DNA of 64,000 nt, from assembly GCA_044344795.1 (NCBI GenBank), contig JBIJCF010000009.1, positions 13,630 through 77,629 on the forward strand, given 5' to 3'. Shown in pieces: positions 63,177-64,000 of the stretch. The notes below the pieces were generated by a model. That model saw nothing but the letters and a program-made list of their open reading frames with translations. It was not told the origin of the DNA and did no database searches. Both the position numbers and the translations under genes were made by a program. This DNA is from Bacteroidia bacterium (lineage in GTDB: Bacteria > Bacteroidota > Bacteroidia > Palsa-965). Position 1 is the first letter of the stretch. Every line of letters begins with the position of its first letter.

Positions 63177-64000
63177 ATGAAAAAGCTGTTAATTGTTGCG
63201 GTACTTGCAACTATTGCTTCATCTATTTATGCTCAGAGTCCAAATTGGGCTGATGATGTAGCGAATATTCTTTACGGAAAATGCACCAATTGTCATCATC
63301 CCGGAGGAATTGCACCGTTTTCGTTAATAACCTATAACGATGCAGCGAACGTTGCTCCGAACATTCAGAATGCGGTTACCATGCGGAGAATGCCGCCATG
63401 GCCTCCGGATACAGCGTATACCAGATTCGCTCATGAACGCGCATTGACACAACAAGAAATTACAACTATAGATAATTGGGTGACTGCAGGCTTTCCTTCC
63501 GGCAATATTTCAAATGCTCCGCCTGCTCCTACTTACACTGCCGGACCTGTCATATCTAATCCTGATTTGGCGGCTCAAATGCAAACCTACACAGTGAATA
63601 CCGCCACTGATTTGTATCGGTGTTTTGTAGTGCCGTCGGGTATTATGCAAGATGAATACATTACCAAGGTTGAAGTTGTTCCGGGAAACCGACCAATAGT
63701 GCATCATGTACTCGTGTATCAAGATGTTCAGAGTACGTGCGTAACATTGGATAATAATGATCCCGGTCCGGGTTATACCAGTTTTGGTGGCGTAGGTTCG
63801 AATACAGCTACATTGATCGCCGGCTGGGTTCCTGGTCAAGGTGTTTACGAATTGCCGCCGAATATGGGTATTAAATTGGAGGCGAACAGCTACATCATTA
63901 TGCAGATTCATTACCCGTCGGGAACTTTTAATCAGACAGACAGTACACAAGTACGGTTTACTTTTTCAAGTGGGGTAGTTCGTAACGTTACACTTGTGCC
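63177..64000 (+). CDS. Partial ORF running off the window end: secreted protein with an N-terminal CxxCH heme-binding motif followed by a copper type-II monooxygenase-like His-rich region
   Basis: ATG at 63177. Signal peptide MKKLLIVAVLATIASSIYAQ. CTNCHH at residues about 36-41. Later motifs IVHHVLVY and IMQIHYP resemble the PHM/DBH-type CuH/CuM His ligand blocks. No stop before position 64000. Confidence 0.5.
   Translation, partial: MKKLLIVAVLATIASSIYAQSPNWADDVANILYGKCTNCHHPGGIAPFSLITYNDAANVAPNIQNAVTMRRMPPWPPDTAYTRFAHERALTQQEITTIDNWVTAGFPSGNISNAPPAPTYTAGPVISNPDLAAQMQTYTVNTATDLYRCFVVPSGIMQDEYITKVEVVPGNRPIVHHVLVYQDVQSTCVTLDNNDPGPGYTSFGGVGSNTATLIAGWVPGQGVYELPPNMGIKLEANSYIIMQIHYPSGTFNQTDSTQVRFTFSSGVVRNVTLV

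Overview
This window reads as a Bacteroidetes-type chromosomal segment. The phylum call rests on the EF-Tu/ribosomal protein sequences, the near-absence of Shine-Dalgarno motifs, TTTG/TAnnTTTG-like promoter elements, and Gld/AsmA/patatin-Omp85 gene content. The core is the conserved translation/transcription superoperon neighbourhood, in this order: rpsU, xerC-like recombinase, hpf, tRNA-Thr, tRNA-Tyr, tRNA-Gly, tRNA-Thr, tuf, tRNA-Trp, secE, nusG, rplK, rplA, rplJ, rplL, rpoB, rpoC. Housekeeping and envelope genes flank it. Upstream: a 5'-truncated glutamine synthetase III fragment, two tandem TPR/beta-propeller/OmpA paralogs, a PurM-like gene, prfA, pyrF, an AsmA-like gene and a GldJ-like FGE-domain protein. 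Central: a P-type ATPase, a LacI regulator, an RmlD-like reductase, a NhaD antiporter, two APC permeases, apt, an acyl-CoA dehydrogenase, an S8 protease and a four-gene GDP-heptose-type glycosylation operon. Downstream: a patatin-Omp85 fusion, an orphan ABC substrate-binding protein, a TPR-SpoIIE phosphatase, a CBS-domain cystathionine beta-synthase-like enzyme, an FtsX/LolE permease and a DUF1343/NamZ-like gene.

The parts that deserve a second look are:
- an array of four tandem ~77-bp repeats (38961-39273) immediately 5' of tRNA-Gly, each beginning with the tRNA-Gly 5' end;
- a small accessory-looking island (about 13.85-15.9 kb) holding two diverged tandem paralogs of an unknown ~175-aa protein family with a glycine-zipper-like hydrophobic N-terminus;
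- a 45-bp near-identical direct repeat that brackets the P-type ATPase module (15781-15825 and 19038-19082);
- a heptamer-repeat-plus-palindrome element at 13873-13915;
- an unusually strong Shine-Dalgarno sequence on hpf in an otherwise SD-poor context;
- a partial 3'-edge ORF combining a CxxCH motif with copper-monooxygenase-like His motifs.

I found no CRISPR array, no rRNA and no obvious transposase or prophage.
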